Assembly: GCF_020745735.1 (NCBI RefSeq)
Contig: NC_083426.1
Span: 34,472,001 to 34,536,000, forward strand
DNA: 64,000 nt
Source of the DNA: Hemiscyllium ocellatum
Taxonomy: Eukaryota
Direction of reading: 5' to 3'
Part shown: piece after piece, positions 24,261 through 35,859 of the stretch
Layout: each line of letters opens with the position of its first letter
How positions within the stretch are numbered: position 1 is the stretch's first letter
Translations under genes and position numbers: made by a program
The notes under the pieces: generated by a model
What the model saw: the letters and a program-made list of their open reading frames with translations, nothing else
What the model was told of the DNA's origin: nothing
Databases searched by the model: none

Positions 24261-24864
24261 ATCCACATCATCGGTGTTTGAACACTTTGTCATCCCTAAC
24301 AACTAGCCTTATTACTTGTCTTCTTGAAGTGCTTTGCAATTTCTTTTTTATTCATTCACAGGATGTGGGTGTTGCTGACTGGGTCAGGAGTCACTTGTAG
24401 CACAGGTAAAGATGGCAGATTGGTTTCTCTCAAGCTATTACTGAACCAAATGGGCTTTAAACACTAATTGATACTGGTTGCATAGTCATTATTTTAATTT
24501 CAGGTTTCTTTTATTAAATTCAAATTTCATGATCTACTATGATAGAATTTGAACCCATAGTCCCAGAACATTAAAATGGGGTTTTGGATTACTAGCCCAG
24601 TGATGCTACCACTAGCCCTTGGGTTAAATGCACTAGAGAAATTTAAACACTTCTTTTTGAGAACACAGTTCATGTTTAAAAATCAAAACAAAGCACATTA
24701 TGCCTTATGTTTTTTTAAGAAAAGGATCACGTACTCAGAATCTCAAAGGGAAACAGAATCAAATATTGCGAATTAATCAAACTTGCTTTTTAGTTCAGAA
24801 ACTGGGACAGATTGGCCAATAATTGAGGAAAAATGGATGTAGACCTACTGACTGAAGAAGTCTT

Positions 24865-25670
24865 AGAGTCATAGAGATGGACAGCACAGAAAGAGATCTT
24901 TCAGTCCAACTCGTCCATTCCGATAGATATCCTAAATAAATCTAGTCCCATTTCACAGCACCCTTGGCCCATATCCCTCTAAACTCTTCCTATTTTTACA
25001 CCCATCCAGATCCTTTTTAAACATTGTAACTGTAATTTAAATGTTGGTCTAACCAATGTGCTGTATAGCCTCAACATGATCTCCCAACTCCTATACTCAA
25101 TACTATGACAAATAAAGGAAAGCATACCAAAACACCTTCTTCACTATCCTATCTACCTGCAACTCCACTTTCAAGGAACTATGAACTTGCACTCTAAGGT
25201 CTCTTTGTTTAGCAACACTCCTCAGGACCTTACCATTAAGTGTACTTGCCCTGATTTGCCTTTCCAAATTGAAGCACCTAACATTTATCTAAATTAAACT
25301 CCATCTGCCACTCCTCATCCCATTGGCTCATCTGATCAAGATCCTGTTGTAATGGTGAAGTAACGTTCTTCACTGTCTACCTCCAATTGTGGTGCCATCT
25401 GCAAAACTTACTAACCATAATTTCTAGATTCACATCCAAATCATTTATATTATTGATAAAAAGCAATGGACCCAGCACCGATCCTTGTAGCTTGCCACTG
25501 GTTGCAGACCTCCAATCTAAAAACCAACCCTCCATCACCACCTTCCCTCCATCTTCTAACTTCGAGCCAGTTCTGTTTCCAAATGGTTAGCTCTCCCTGT
25601 ATTCCATGTGATCTAATCTTGCTAACAAGTCTACCATGAGGAACCTCGTCGAACACCTCACTGAAATCCA
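24865..25670 (-). mobile_element. CR1/HER1 LINE 3' fragment
   Basis: FDEVPHGRLVSKIRSHGIQGEL..W..NWL; tail (agagtcatagag) at the left end. Confidence 0.85.
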
Positions 25671-25997
25671 GTCACATGGTCTTAAGCCCTTGAAAGGAAA
25701 TCCTAAGAAGAAAGGAGGTTGAAAGGACAAATGTTGTCTGTCAACCCCTTTTAGAGGAATGAAAGTTTGGTCTACCTTACAAAATAGGAAGCTGAAATTT
25801 AAATATATCTAATACAAAGTCAAATCTAAGTTCATGCAAATATAATAGAAATATAATCTTCACATTAGTGTCAAGTGGCCATTCATTCCTTTTTTGTGTG
25901 TTGCAATAGCCATTCCTGTTATATGCAAGCATGTGAATGTGTTTGTAAGCATAATTGTGCATATTCCCACCTAAATCAGAGTAAAATTCCACTTTAC

Positions 25998-26135
25998 CTT
26001 TCTACTTGTGTAATGTCGAGCACTGGAATCCTGAGCATCTTCCTTCTCAAACACACATCGTTTGCTTGCAACGCCCTCTAATGGTCGGGTCAGATAATTA
26101 GAAGGGGATTGTTTTGCTTTCCTGCTATCACTTCT
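25998..26135 (-). CDS. LAD1: Ladinin-1 coding exon (RSDSRKAKQSPSNYLTRPLEGVASKRCVFEKEDAQDSSARHYTSRK)
   Basis: 138 nt; tttgtttgcag| acceptor, AAG|gtaaag donor. RS.S.K...GVASKR..FEKE...SRK is diagnostic of LAD1 (RSESVK...GVASKRHLFEKE...SSRK) rather than CALD1 or LSP1. Confidence 0.93.
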
Positions 26136-26262
26136 CTGCAAACAAAATTATGAAATGAGGTTCAATAACATGCTTAAAACTCTAAATGCAGCATGAAACT
26201 CTTATTTCCAATTGCATGCTTCAAATCTTTTTATTTGATTACAGGATACCTTACTCACAAGG

Positions 26263-26530
26263 TTAAGAAAATCACACAACACCAGGTTATAGTCCAACAG
26301 GTTTAATTGGAAGCACACTAGTTTTCGGAGCGACGCTCCTTCATCAGGTGATTGTGGAGGGCTTGATCGTAACACAGAATTTATAGCCATATAGCCCTCC
26401 ACAATCACCTGATGAAGGAGCGTCGCTCTGAAAGCTAGTGTGCTTCCAATTAAACCTGTTGGACTATAACCTGATGTTGTGTGATTTTTAACTTTGTGCA
26501 CCCCAGTCCAACACCGGCACCTCCAAATCA
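26263..26530. mobile_element. Non-coding fold-back mini-element of PLE family C
   Basis: 268 bp with inverted arms of ~100 bp. Exact 12-bp TSD TTACTCACAAGG at 26251-26262 and 26531-26542. Hammerhead in each arm. Confidence 0.9.
26406..26440 (+). ncRNA. Minimal hammerhead ribozyme (family C)
   Basis: CAC-CTGATGA-A-GGAGC-GTC-GCTCT-GAAAGCTA-GTG; stem I CAC/GTG, palindromic AGCT. The mirror copy at 26316-26350(-) has GAAAACTA. Confidence 0.8.
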
Positions 26531-26557
26531 TTACTCACAAGGGACGGTGTCACTCAC

Positions 26558-26621
26558 CTGGATTGCCTTTGTATATTGTTCAAGTCTGTCATCAATCTTT
26601 TTTGGAATCCTTAGACTAGCA
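26558..26621 (-). CDS. LAD1: Ladinin-1 coding exon (S-ASLRIPKKIDDRLEQYTKAIQ)
   Basis: 64 nt; ttttttccccaacag| acceptor, CAG|gtgagt donor. Family motif KIDxRLEQYTxAI (caldesmon KIDSRLEQYTSAIE; LAD1 KLGEKLERYHTAIR). Confidence 0.93.
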
Positions 26622-26722
26622 CTGTTGGGGAAAAAAGGGAATTCATTTGTTGAGACTTCATGATCGTCGTAACTAGCTTCATAATGTATTTTCATATAAT
26701 CAATAAATTTCAGTGCACTCAC

Positions 26723-26763
26723 CTTCTTTGGAACGGTTGGCTTTTCACCTCGGAATTTGAAAC
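26723..26763 (-). CDS. LAD1: Ladinin-1 small coding exon (VSNSEVKSQPFQR-S)
   Basis: 41 nt; ttttttttcag| acceptor, AG|gtgagt donor. Phase 0 to 2, joining the next exon to give QRSASLR (LAD1 TRSASMK). Confidence 0.88.
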
Positions 26764-27157
26764 CTGAAAAAAAAAGTACTCATATTAATTTTGCATACAT
26801 TATAGTTTCTGCTACTCCTTCTTCCAAAATATTCTCATATGCTTCAAATGGCAACACTGTGAGGGAATGCTATGAAAAATGAGCAGAGGAAAATTCCTTC
26901 AGTTTCAAGAAGCCTGTTGTCTACAACAGAAGTGAACAATGTACACGTATTAAGTGTTCACCCTGACACACAGATCACCTAAAAATAAGTGAAAAACCAT
27001 CGGTCGCATTCTCAGGAAAACAAATTTCAATTTCCTCCCTGTCCACCAAAGAAAACCAAATAAACTCTCCAGGCATTCAAACTTGACCATTACATTTAAC
27101 AGGGCAAAAGTGAGTCAAGAGTGTGGAGCTGGAAAAGCACAGCAGGTCAGGTAGCAT

Positions 27158-27470
27158 GTTTAGATTAGATTACTTACAGTGTGGATACAGGCCCTTCGGC
27201 CTAACAAGTCCACACCGACCCCCGAAGCTCAACCCACCCATACCCCTACATTTACCCCTTACCTAACACTATGGGCAATTTAGCATGGCCAATTCACCTG
27301 ACCTGCACATCTTTGGACTGTGGGAGGAAACCGGAGTACCCGGAGGAAACCCACGCAGACACGGGGAGAACGTGCAAACTCCACACAGTCTGTCGCCTGA
27401 GTCTGGAATTGAACCCAGGTCTCTGGCGCTGTGAGGCAGCACTGCTAACCACTGTGCCACCGTGCCACCC
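27158..27470 (-). mobile_element. HE1-like SINE inserted into a PLE family B fragment (27108-27520)
   Basis: (TTAGA)n tail at the left, tRNA head at the right. The flanks ...aggtcaggtagcat and atctgaggagcaggagaatcgac...cccttcatcag rejoin into family B sequence. Confidence 0.85.
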
Positions 27471-28504
27471 ATCTGAGGAGCAGGAGAATCGACAATTCAG
27501 GCAAAAGCCCTTCATCAGAAATTACACTTAACAGGTAAGCCTTCCATTGTCCAATCAATTACAAGTGTAACTTTCCACCAAATACCGATGCATGGAATTA
27601 CCATGGGGTTCTTCAGTTTCCTGTTATCACTTCGGCGAAGGACAGTGAGGAACCCTGCTATTTCTTTAGCCTGATCACTGATCCTCCACTGCAGTTCCAA
27701 TGGGAGATCAGAGGAACACGACACAAATGCTCCACTTTAATCATCGGTGTCTGTACTTAATTTTTATTCCAATTTTCTTTTAAATTGTGCAACCTGATTC
27801 TCAGGAAAGGCTTGATTGCGTATGCACACTAGAATTAACAAATTTCACAATGTTTACACATATATCAAAGGACGGATATGCAGCTTCATTAACTTGGGTG
27901 GAGATGGTTGCGAGGGCTGGGGTCACTTTAAGCAAGATGCTGTGATTGCACTAGCCAGGAAGAGAGTTATGACATTTGCATGGGAGCGGCAGATTTATGC
28001 ACAGGTTCAACGTGACATCGAGTCTTGTCTTTTCAAAATTGAGTTCCAGGATTCCGCATTATAGAGACTCAGGGTGCATAACAGGCTTATTTACAAGAAG
28101 AAAGCTTCAGTTCGCCTGGTAACTTCCCAGTTGTTCATGCAGTCTTAACGTCACTAGATATGATCATCAAATATATTTACTGCAGGATGCAACTCAACAG
28201 ACAATACTTGGCTTTTTTTTAAAAGTAGTTAAACAAATGATTATCAAATGTGTTTGTTTGTAAGTTATTACACATATAGTAAACTGCATCACCATATGGG
28301 CAATGTAAATGATCAAATTGGAGATCTATATCAGTAAGCCGCTACATACAGATCACTTTGATTGCACATATATTAAATGATGTCTTAGATTATAAAGCAA
28401 AAATAGCTAAACTGTGTGAACTGTAAATAGGTTCCTCAGAAGTTTAACAGTAGACTGCTCAGAGAGTCATTTAAAGCAACTCTTTTGCTTGTCATGCTTT
28501 ATTT

Positions 28505-29610
28505 ATGAGTCATAGAGTCATTCAGCTCAGAAACAGAGCCTTCGGTCCAATTCATTCATACTGATCAAGTTTCCCAACCTGAATTAGTCCCACTTGCCTG
28601 TGTTTGGCCCATATCTCTCGAAACCTTTCCTATTCATATACCTATCCAAATGTCTTTTAAATGCTGTAACTGTACCTGGATTTACCACTCCTCTGGCAGT
28701 TCATTCCACATTTGAACCACCCTGTGTGTGAAAAAGTTGCCCCTCAGGTCCCTTTAAGTGTTGCCCCTCTCACTTGACAAATATGCCCCTAGTTTTGAAC
28801 TTCTCTATGGCACAGAAAATACCTTTGCTATTCGCCTTATTTATGCCCTTCAAGACTTTATAAACCTTGATAAGGTCACCCCTCAACCTCCTACACTCCA
28901 GTAGAAAAAGTCTCAGTCTATCCAGCAACTCCCTACAACTCAAACCCTCTATTCCTGGCAACATCTTTGCAACTCTTTTCTGAATCCTCCACAATGTAAT
29001 AGATCATTCTTATAGCAGCGTGACCAAAACTGTATACAAAACTCCAAAAGTGGCCTCACCAATGTCCCATACAACCAACACGATGTTCAAACTTCTATAC
29101 TTAATGGTCTGAGTAATAAAGGCAAGCGTGCTAAACACCTTCTTAAACACCCTCTCTACCTGTGACACCACTTTCAATGAACTATGTACATGAACCCCTC
29201 GGTCTCTCTGTCTTATCAAAGTATAATACCTGGCATTTATCTAAATTAAAGTCCACTGCCACTCCTCAGCCCACTGGCCCAACTGATCAAAGTCCCTTTG
29301 TGATCTTAGATAGCCTTTATTACTGTCTACCACACCACCAGTTTTGGAGTCATCTGCAAACTATGCCTCTTAGATTCTCATCTATACAGAAATGACAAAT
29401 AAATGACAAACAACAGTGGACATAAGACCGATCCCTGCAAAACACCGCTGGTCAGACGCATGGTCTGAAAAACAATTCTCCACCTCCATCCAGTCACCTA
29501 CCATCAAGCCAATTTTGTATCCAATTGGCAAGCTCTCCATGAATCCCATGTGATCTAACTTTACTAACTAGTCTAATATGTGGAAGTTTGTCAAAGGCTT
29601 CACTAAAGTC
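28505..29610 (-). mobile_element. CR1/HER1 LINE 3' portion
   Basis: QRDRGVHVHSSLKV, RIQKR..KMLPG.EGLS...L.RL.LF.LE.RRLRGDLI; GAGTCATA tail. Confidence 0.88.
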
Positions 29611-29901
29611 TATTCCAAGTGTTAGGATTACCAGTCAAAAAACTGTCAGTGTTTTTGAAATTGCATCATTCTGTTGGTGCATATCAATTCTATTTCACTT
29701 TCACAGCTGTTCCTGGATTATCACCTGTTTAGTTAAAAGTGGAGCATAAGGGTATAATATAACAGATTTGCTCTGTTTGCATAGCAAAATTTGTACTTTT
29801 ATTCACAGTATCTGAGAGTAGGCCAGTACCATTGTTGATATCAGAAGCTACCCACACCTATATGGCTATATCACTGAAACATTACAGTAACACAGACTTA
29901 C

Positions 29902-30027
29902 TCTGAATGATGTAGCTCTTGCAGTGAGGCGACAAAAGGGTACTGCATTGGAATTGGAATCTTCACTACTGGTTTCATTTTTCTGATGCCGTATCTGTGT
30001 GATGACAGCAGATGTTCTTTTTACTTC
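29902..30027 (-). CDS. LAD1: Ladinin-1 coding exon (EVKRTSAVITQIRHQKNETSSEDSNSNAVPFCRLTARATSFR)
   Basis: 126 nt; ttcag| acceptor, AGA|gtaagt donor. The end R.T.RATSFR matches LAD1 RSSPRTISFR. Confidence 0.88.
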
Positions 30028-30519
30028 CTGAAATGATATTTAAAAAGAACTATTCCAATTATACTCTTTCTTTTGAACCTTCTTCATTGCTTACAAATTT
30101 CACTTGGATAAAATCTCCAGGAGAAGTAATATCATCGAAATGAGACAGAACTGCAGTGTGCTAACACTGGCACAGTTCCCTCGGTGAACACAGTTATGAT
30201 AGGCTGGCTTGGTCTTGTTTGCATTCAGCTGCTTGCTATTTGAGTTTGAAAAATAAGGAGATTATATACACTTATGGAACTTTACACCCTGTGGCAGCTG
30301 AAAAGAGACCAGCAGATTTTTATCAATCAATTAATGAACCCCTGTGGTCAACAAATGTGCTCCTTATACAAGTAGATATTTTGGAATAATGGAGTAGGGT
30401 TCCTTCTGGTTCAGTTAAAATATTGAGATTTAATGACCAATAACTGAGCAAACTGTAACTTCTAGAATGAGGAAAGCCAAATGATCTGTTAGAAGTTTCC
30501 TTTAATTCTTTTTTGTCCA

Positions 30520-32060
30520 TTCATGGGTCACTGATAGTTGGTTAGTCAATGACAGTAATGCTATTGAATGTCAAGGGGTAATGGTTAGATTCTCACTTGA
30601 TGCAGATAGTCATTGTCTAACAGTTAAGTGGAATAAACGTTACTTGTCCTTAAATCAACCCTAGCCTGAATTTTGTCTTCATGTCCACAAACATGCACAG
30701 CTTCAGTATCTGAAAAGTCAAGAATGATGTTGAACATTGCACAATCTTCAGCAAACATTCTTACTTCTGATTTTATACTGGTAGGAAAGTCATTTACACT
30801 GGCAGAAAGCAGCTGAAGATAGATGGGCCCGGGACACTATCTTAAGGAATTGCTGCAGTGATGTCTGGAGAATGAGATGGCTGGCCTCCAATAAGGTCAT
30901 TTCCATTTGTAAGGTCAGAGTGCCAGCCCTTGAGATGAAGACTGCGGCTGACCAAATATGGCACCAAGGACCTCTAGCAAAATTGGAATCAATAGGAAAC
31001 AGGGGACAAACTCCGCTGGTTAGAGTCATACCTGGCACATAAGAAAGATAGTTGTGGTGGAGGAGGTAAGTCATCTCTGCTCCATGACATCTCTGCAAGA
31101 GTTCCTCAGGGTAATGACTCAGGTCAAACCACCTTCAACTGCATCATCATAAACTTTTCTCATTGTAAAAGGTCAGAAGTGAGGATGTTCACCAATGATT
31201 GCAAAATGGTCAGCACCATTCATCACTCCTCAAATATTGAAGCAATCCTTGTCCAAATGCAACAGGACATAGACAATATCCAGGACTGACAAGTTGCAAG
31301 TAACATTCATGTCACACTAATGCCAGTCAATGACCACCTCCAATAAGAGACAATCTAATCATAGCCACTTCACATTCAATGATATTACCATAATTGAATC
31401 CCCCCTCTATGAACACCTTAAACTTTATCAATGACTAGAAACTCCCTGGACTTGTCATATAAACATAATGGCTACAAGAGCAAGTCAAAGGCTAGGAATA
31501 CTATGTGAGTAACTCACCTCTTGACTCCCAAAGTCTGTCCATCATCTACAAGGCATGAGTCAGGAGTGTGACAGAATACTCTCCACTTGTCTGGATGAGT
31601 GCAGCTCCAAAAATACTCAATATGTGTAACACCATCCAGGACAAAGCAGCCTGCATGACTGGCACCACATTCAATCCCTCCACCACTGATGCTCAACAGC
31701 AACAGCTTGTGTCATCTACAAGGAGCACTGCAGAAACTCACCAAAGAACTTTAGAACGTAATTCCAAACCCATGGTCACTATATCTGGAGATCAAGGGAG
31801 CAGATAAGTGAGACCACCACTTACAAATTTCTCTCCAAGCCACACACAATCCTGACTTGGAAATATATTATTGTTCCTTCAGTGTGTCATTGAGTCAAAA
31901 CCCTGAAAATCCCTCCATAACTGCTTTGTCAGTGTACCTACAGCACATGGACTGCAGCAGTTCAAGAAGGCAGCTCACTACCACCTCTCAAGGCCACCTA
32001 GGGATGGACAATAAATGCTGGACAACTTGTAATGTCCACGTCCTACGTCTCACAATAAAA
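30520..32060. mobile_element. CR1-clade LINE (second family): minus piece ~30520-30900 abutting a plus piece ~30930-32060
   Basis: Plus piece has EYSPLVWMSAAP..L....TIQDKAA.M.G. The left piece is the reverse complement of similar RT-region sequence. Confidence 0.7.
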
Positions 32061-32788
32061 TGGAAAGAAAAGCTCAACCATCTTCCTGTTAGGAGAAAGT
32101 GAGGACTGCAAATGCTGGAGATCAGAGCTGAAAATGTGTTGTTGGAAAAGCGCAGCAGGTCAGGCAACATCCAAGGAGCAGGGGAATCGACGTTCCGGGC
32201 ATGAGTCCTTCTTCAGGAATGAGGTAAGTGTGCCAAGTTGGCTAAGATAAAAGGTAGAGAGGAGAGACTTGGGGGAGGGGCGTTGGAGATGGGATAGGTG
32301 GAAGGAGATTAAGGTGAGTGTGATAGGCCGGAGTGGGAGTGGGGATGGGGGCGGAGAGGTCAGGAAAAAAGATTGTAGGTTAGGAAGGTTGTGCTGAGTT
32401 CGAGGGTTGGGACTGAGACAAGGTGGGGGGAGGGGAAATGAGGAAACTGGAGAAATCTGAGTTCATCCCTTGTGTTTGGAGGGTTCCTAGGGAAGATGAA
32501 GCACTCTTCCTCCAGCCGTCATGTTTCTATGGTCTGGGGATGGGGGAATCCAAGGATCTGCATGTCCTTGGTGGAGTGGGAGGGGGAGTTGTAGTGTTGA
32601 GCCATGGGATGGTTGGGTTGGTTGGTCCGGGTGTCCCAGAAGTGTTCTCTGACATGTTCCACAAATAGGCGGCCTGTCTCCCCAATATAGAGGAGGCCAC
32701 ATCGGGTGCAGTAAATGATGTGTGTGGAGGCTCAGGTGAATTTGTGGTGGATATGGAAGGATCCCTTGGGGCCCTGGAGGGAAGTAAA

Positions 32789-32817
32789 GGGGGGGGGGGG
32801 GGGGGGGGGGGGGGGGG
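32789..32817 (+). repeat. Poly-G tract (29 G)
   Basis: Counted directly; lies inside the PLE. Confidence 0.9.
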
Positions 32818-33462
32818 AGTGTGGGTGCAAGTTTTGCATTTCTTGCTCAATCGCCGGGAGTGAAGGTTGGGTTGGTGGGGAGTGTGGACCTGACGAGGGA
32901 GTCATGGAGGCAGTGGTCTTTTCAGAACGCTGATAGGGGACGGGAGGGAAATACATCCAAGGTGGCGGAAATGACGAAGGATGATACGATGTATATGGAG
33001 GTTAGTAGGGTGGTGGGTGAGGACCAGTGGGGTTCTGTCCTGGTGGCGATTGGAGGGGCGGGACTTAAGGGCGGAGGAGTGGGAAGTGGAGGAGATGCGG
33101 TGGAGAGCACCGTTGATCACGTCTGGGGAGAAATAGCGATCTTTGAAGAAGGAGGCCATCTGGGTTGTTCGGTATTGGAACTGCTCCTCATCTTCTGCCT
33201 AGGAACCCTCCAACCACAAGGGACGAACTCAGATTTCTCCAGTTTCCTCATTTCCCCTCCCCCCACCTTGTCTCAGTCCCAACCCTTGAACTCTGCTCCA
33301 CCTTCCTAACCTGCAATCTTCTTCCTGACCTCTCCGCCCGCACCTCCACTCTGGCCTATCACCCTCACCTTAACGTCCTTCCACCTATTGCATTTCCAAC
33401 ACCCCTCCCCCAAGTCCCTCCTCCCTACCTTTTATCTTAGCCTGCTTGGCACACTTTCCTCA

Positions 33463-33496
33463 TTCCTGAAGAAGGGCTCATGCCCGAAACGTCGAT
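33463..33496 (+). ncRNA. Minimal hammerhead ribozyme (family B)
   Basis: TC-CTGAAGA-A-GGGC-TCAT-GCCC-GAAACGTC-GA. Confidence 0.75.
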
Positions 33497-34077
33497 TCTC
33501 CTGCTCCTTGAATGCTGCCTGACCTGCTGTGCATCTTCCTGTCAGCACAACTTTTAAAAATCACTCAGCACACCAAGTTATTTTTGAAGTCGTATTATAT
33601 CAGTGAATGAGGAATCATTTGTATTCTATTATATACCACAACAACGATCAACTAACTTACTTTTCATGATGTGATTGAGAAGGAAGTATTGATCAGCAAA
33701 TTCAAAGACCTTTATGGGATTTCTAAATTGTATGCTGACAGGATTATGTCAGAAAAATAAAACAAGTGCTCTTGTTATAACAGCCTGGGTAATGCCCAGT
33801 TTCTTGAACAAAACTGTTGCATAAACTTGAAAATGTTATTAACTATGAGGAGGAAGGTAATAAATATCAAGAATGCACAGGATTATAGAATGAGTAGACA
33901 AATAACAAATTTAATATAAAGATGTACGAAGTTGCTTTGGAAAGACAATATCAGTTAAAGGATGCAATTCTAAAGGAAGTCATGATGCAAAGAAAGAGCA
34001 CATTTGTGTACATTGAAACTAAAGGGAATGATGAAAAAGCATTTAACAAGACATATGGTATTCTGGAAGATATAAAC

Positions 34078-34440
34078 ATAGAATCCCTACACAGAAACCT
34101 CACAGTGGGGAAACAGGGCCTTCAGCCCAAAGTGTCCACAGCGACCCTCCAAAGAGTAACCCACCCAGACCAATTCCCTTACCCTACTACTCTACATTTA
34201 CTCCTGACTAATGCACCTAACCTACACATCCCTGAAAACTATGAGCAATTTAGCATGGCCAATTCACCTAACCTGCACATCTTTGGATTGTGGGAGGAAA
34301 CCGGGGCACCCAGAGGAAACCCACGCTGACACATGGAGAATGTGCAAATTGCACACGGACGGTTGCCCATGACTGGAATTGAACCCGGGTCCCTAGCGCT
34401 GTGAGGCAGCAGTGCTAACCACTGAGCCATCATGCTGCCC
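34078..34440 (-). mobile_element. HE1-like SINE within an older CR1 relic (~33850-34970, +)
   Basis: SINE core and head on the minus strand; CR1-like sequence on both sides. Confidence 0.8.
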
Positions 34441-35191
34441 CAACAGCAGTATTTTTTAATTTGCCAAAAACATACTTTTTTCATCATAGAATAAAACAGA
34501 GGAACATAAGCTAGGAAATTGTGGTAAACCTGTACAACACATTTGTTCAGCCATCAATGATGTATCATATGCAATTCTGGGCAGTACACTTCAGGAAGGA
34601 TGTGAAGCCATTATGGAGAGTGTCAAAAAGATATGTGGGAATGGTTCCAGGAATATGGAATTTGTTACATGGATAGGTTGACGACACTGCAGGTGATGGT
34701 TAGATTCTCACTTAATTCTCTTTAGAGAAGAGAAGATTAGGGTATTCAAAAATCATATCAGGTCTGGGCAGAGTAGGGACCAAACAGGAAGACAATCTTT
34801 CCATCAGCAGAAGGATTCAAAAACAGAAGGTGCCAGTTTAAGGAGATTCGCAGAAGAAATTCAAAATCGTCCACCTGCAAACATGGTGGAAGCATTTTCA
34901 ATAAATGCCAGAAAAAAAGAATTGGGTGATAACGTGAAGACAAAAAAATGTATAAGGCTACAGGGGAAAGGCATGCACATACGATTAACTTGAATCACTG
35001 TTGCTACAACCATAGCAACCACTGGAATCTATTTTTTTAATTTCAAAAATATACTTTATTCGTAAAATATTCATAAAATAATTTGATGGACTGTACATTA
35101 GGTAATGCCATACATATGTTCACATTTACATGCACAGCTCAGAATTATCATTATTACATACAGGTCTGTGCATTGGAATCTATTGCCTTAC

Positions 35192-35417
35192 CTGTGTACC
35201 TGCTTTCCTGACACTTTCTCGTTTAGGGGGCTCTTGTCTTGTTTGTTCACATTCTCTTCTTTCACCCATTTTAGGCTCAGTGGATTTTGCCTGAGGTCTG
35301 AAACAATCATTTGCAATCAATGTGCTGCTGTTTTCTTGCTGATAGCATTTGTCATTCTCGAAACTCAGCTGTGTTTTCAACCTTGTTGGACTTTTCACTT
35401 CTTTTGGCCTCCCTAAG
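35192..35417 (-). CDS. LAD1: Ladinin-1 coding exon (S-LGRPKEVKSPTRLKTQ...RESVRKAGTQ)
   Basis: 226 nt; acceptor cacacag|C (phase 2), donor CAG|gtaagg (phase 0). Open frame, charged and low-complexity like the central region of ladinin. Confidence 0.75.
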
Positions 35418-35572
35418 CTGTGTGAATGCAAATAGAGAAAGGTATTTAATGCAAATGTGGATTGTAACATAGCACGTATCCAACAGCAAGCAATAAAATT
35501 GCAGGTCTTTCACAACCCTTGAATGTTACCAACCACAAATGATGATAATAAGCTTCATCAGTTCTCACAATG

Positions 35573-35641
35573 TCAAAAGTCACACAACATGAGGTTATTG
35601 TCCAACGGGCTTATTTGAAAATACTACCTTTCTGAGCACTG
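35573..35641 (-). mobile_element. ~70-bp PLE family C fragment
   Basis: aaagtcacacaacatgaggttattgtccaacggg...gagcactgctc matches family C; flanked by CTCACAATG at 35564-35572 and 35642-35650. Confidence 0.65.
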
Positions 35642-35859
35642 CTCACAATGACCACAAGGTGGAGTACTACATTGCCAAGTTAAAGAGAAAGCTATTCATT
35701 ATGAACATGACAACTATTCCCTTCCCCCCAAAAAACTACCCAGTTTGTAATCCCAATACACTGGTCAAGATGGCATGCAGTAAAAAGAGTTTAACCTGTT
35801 CAGGGCATTGTGTGCATAATAAATAAATAGGCAATGGAATCCTCCAAAGATTTTGATTT

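Larger units (their letters stand above)
32093..33531. mobile_element. Penelope-like element family B, asymmetric fold-back insertion
   Basis: Long minus arm (32093-~33185, GIY-YIG and upstream ORF remnants) plus short plus arm (~33186-33531). TSD CATCTTCCTGT(T/C)AG at 32079-32092 and 33532-33545. Confidence 0.9.
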
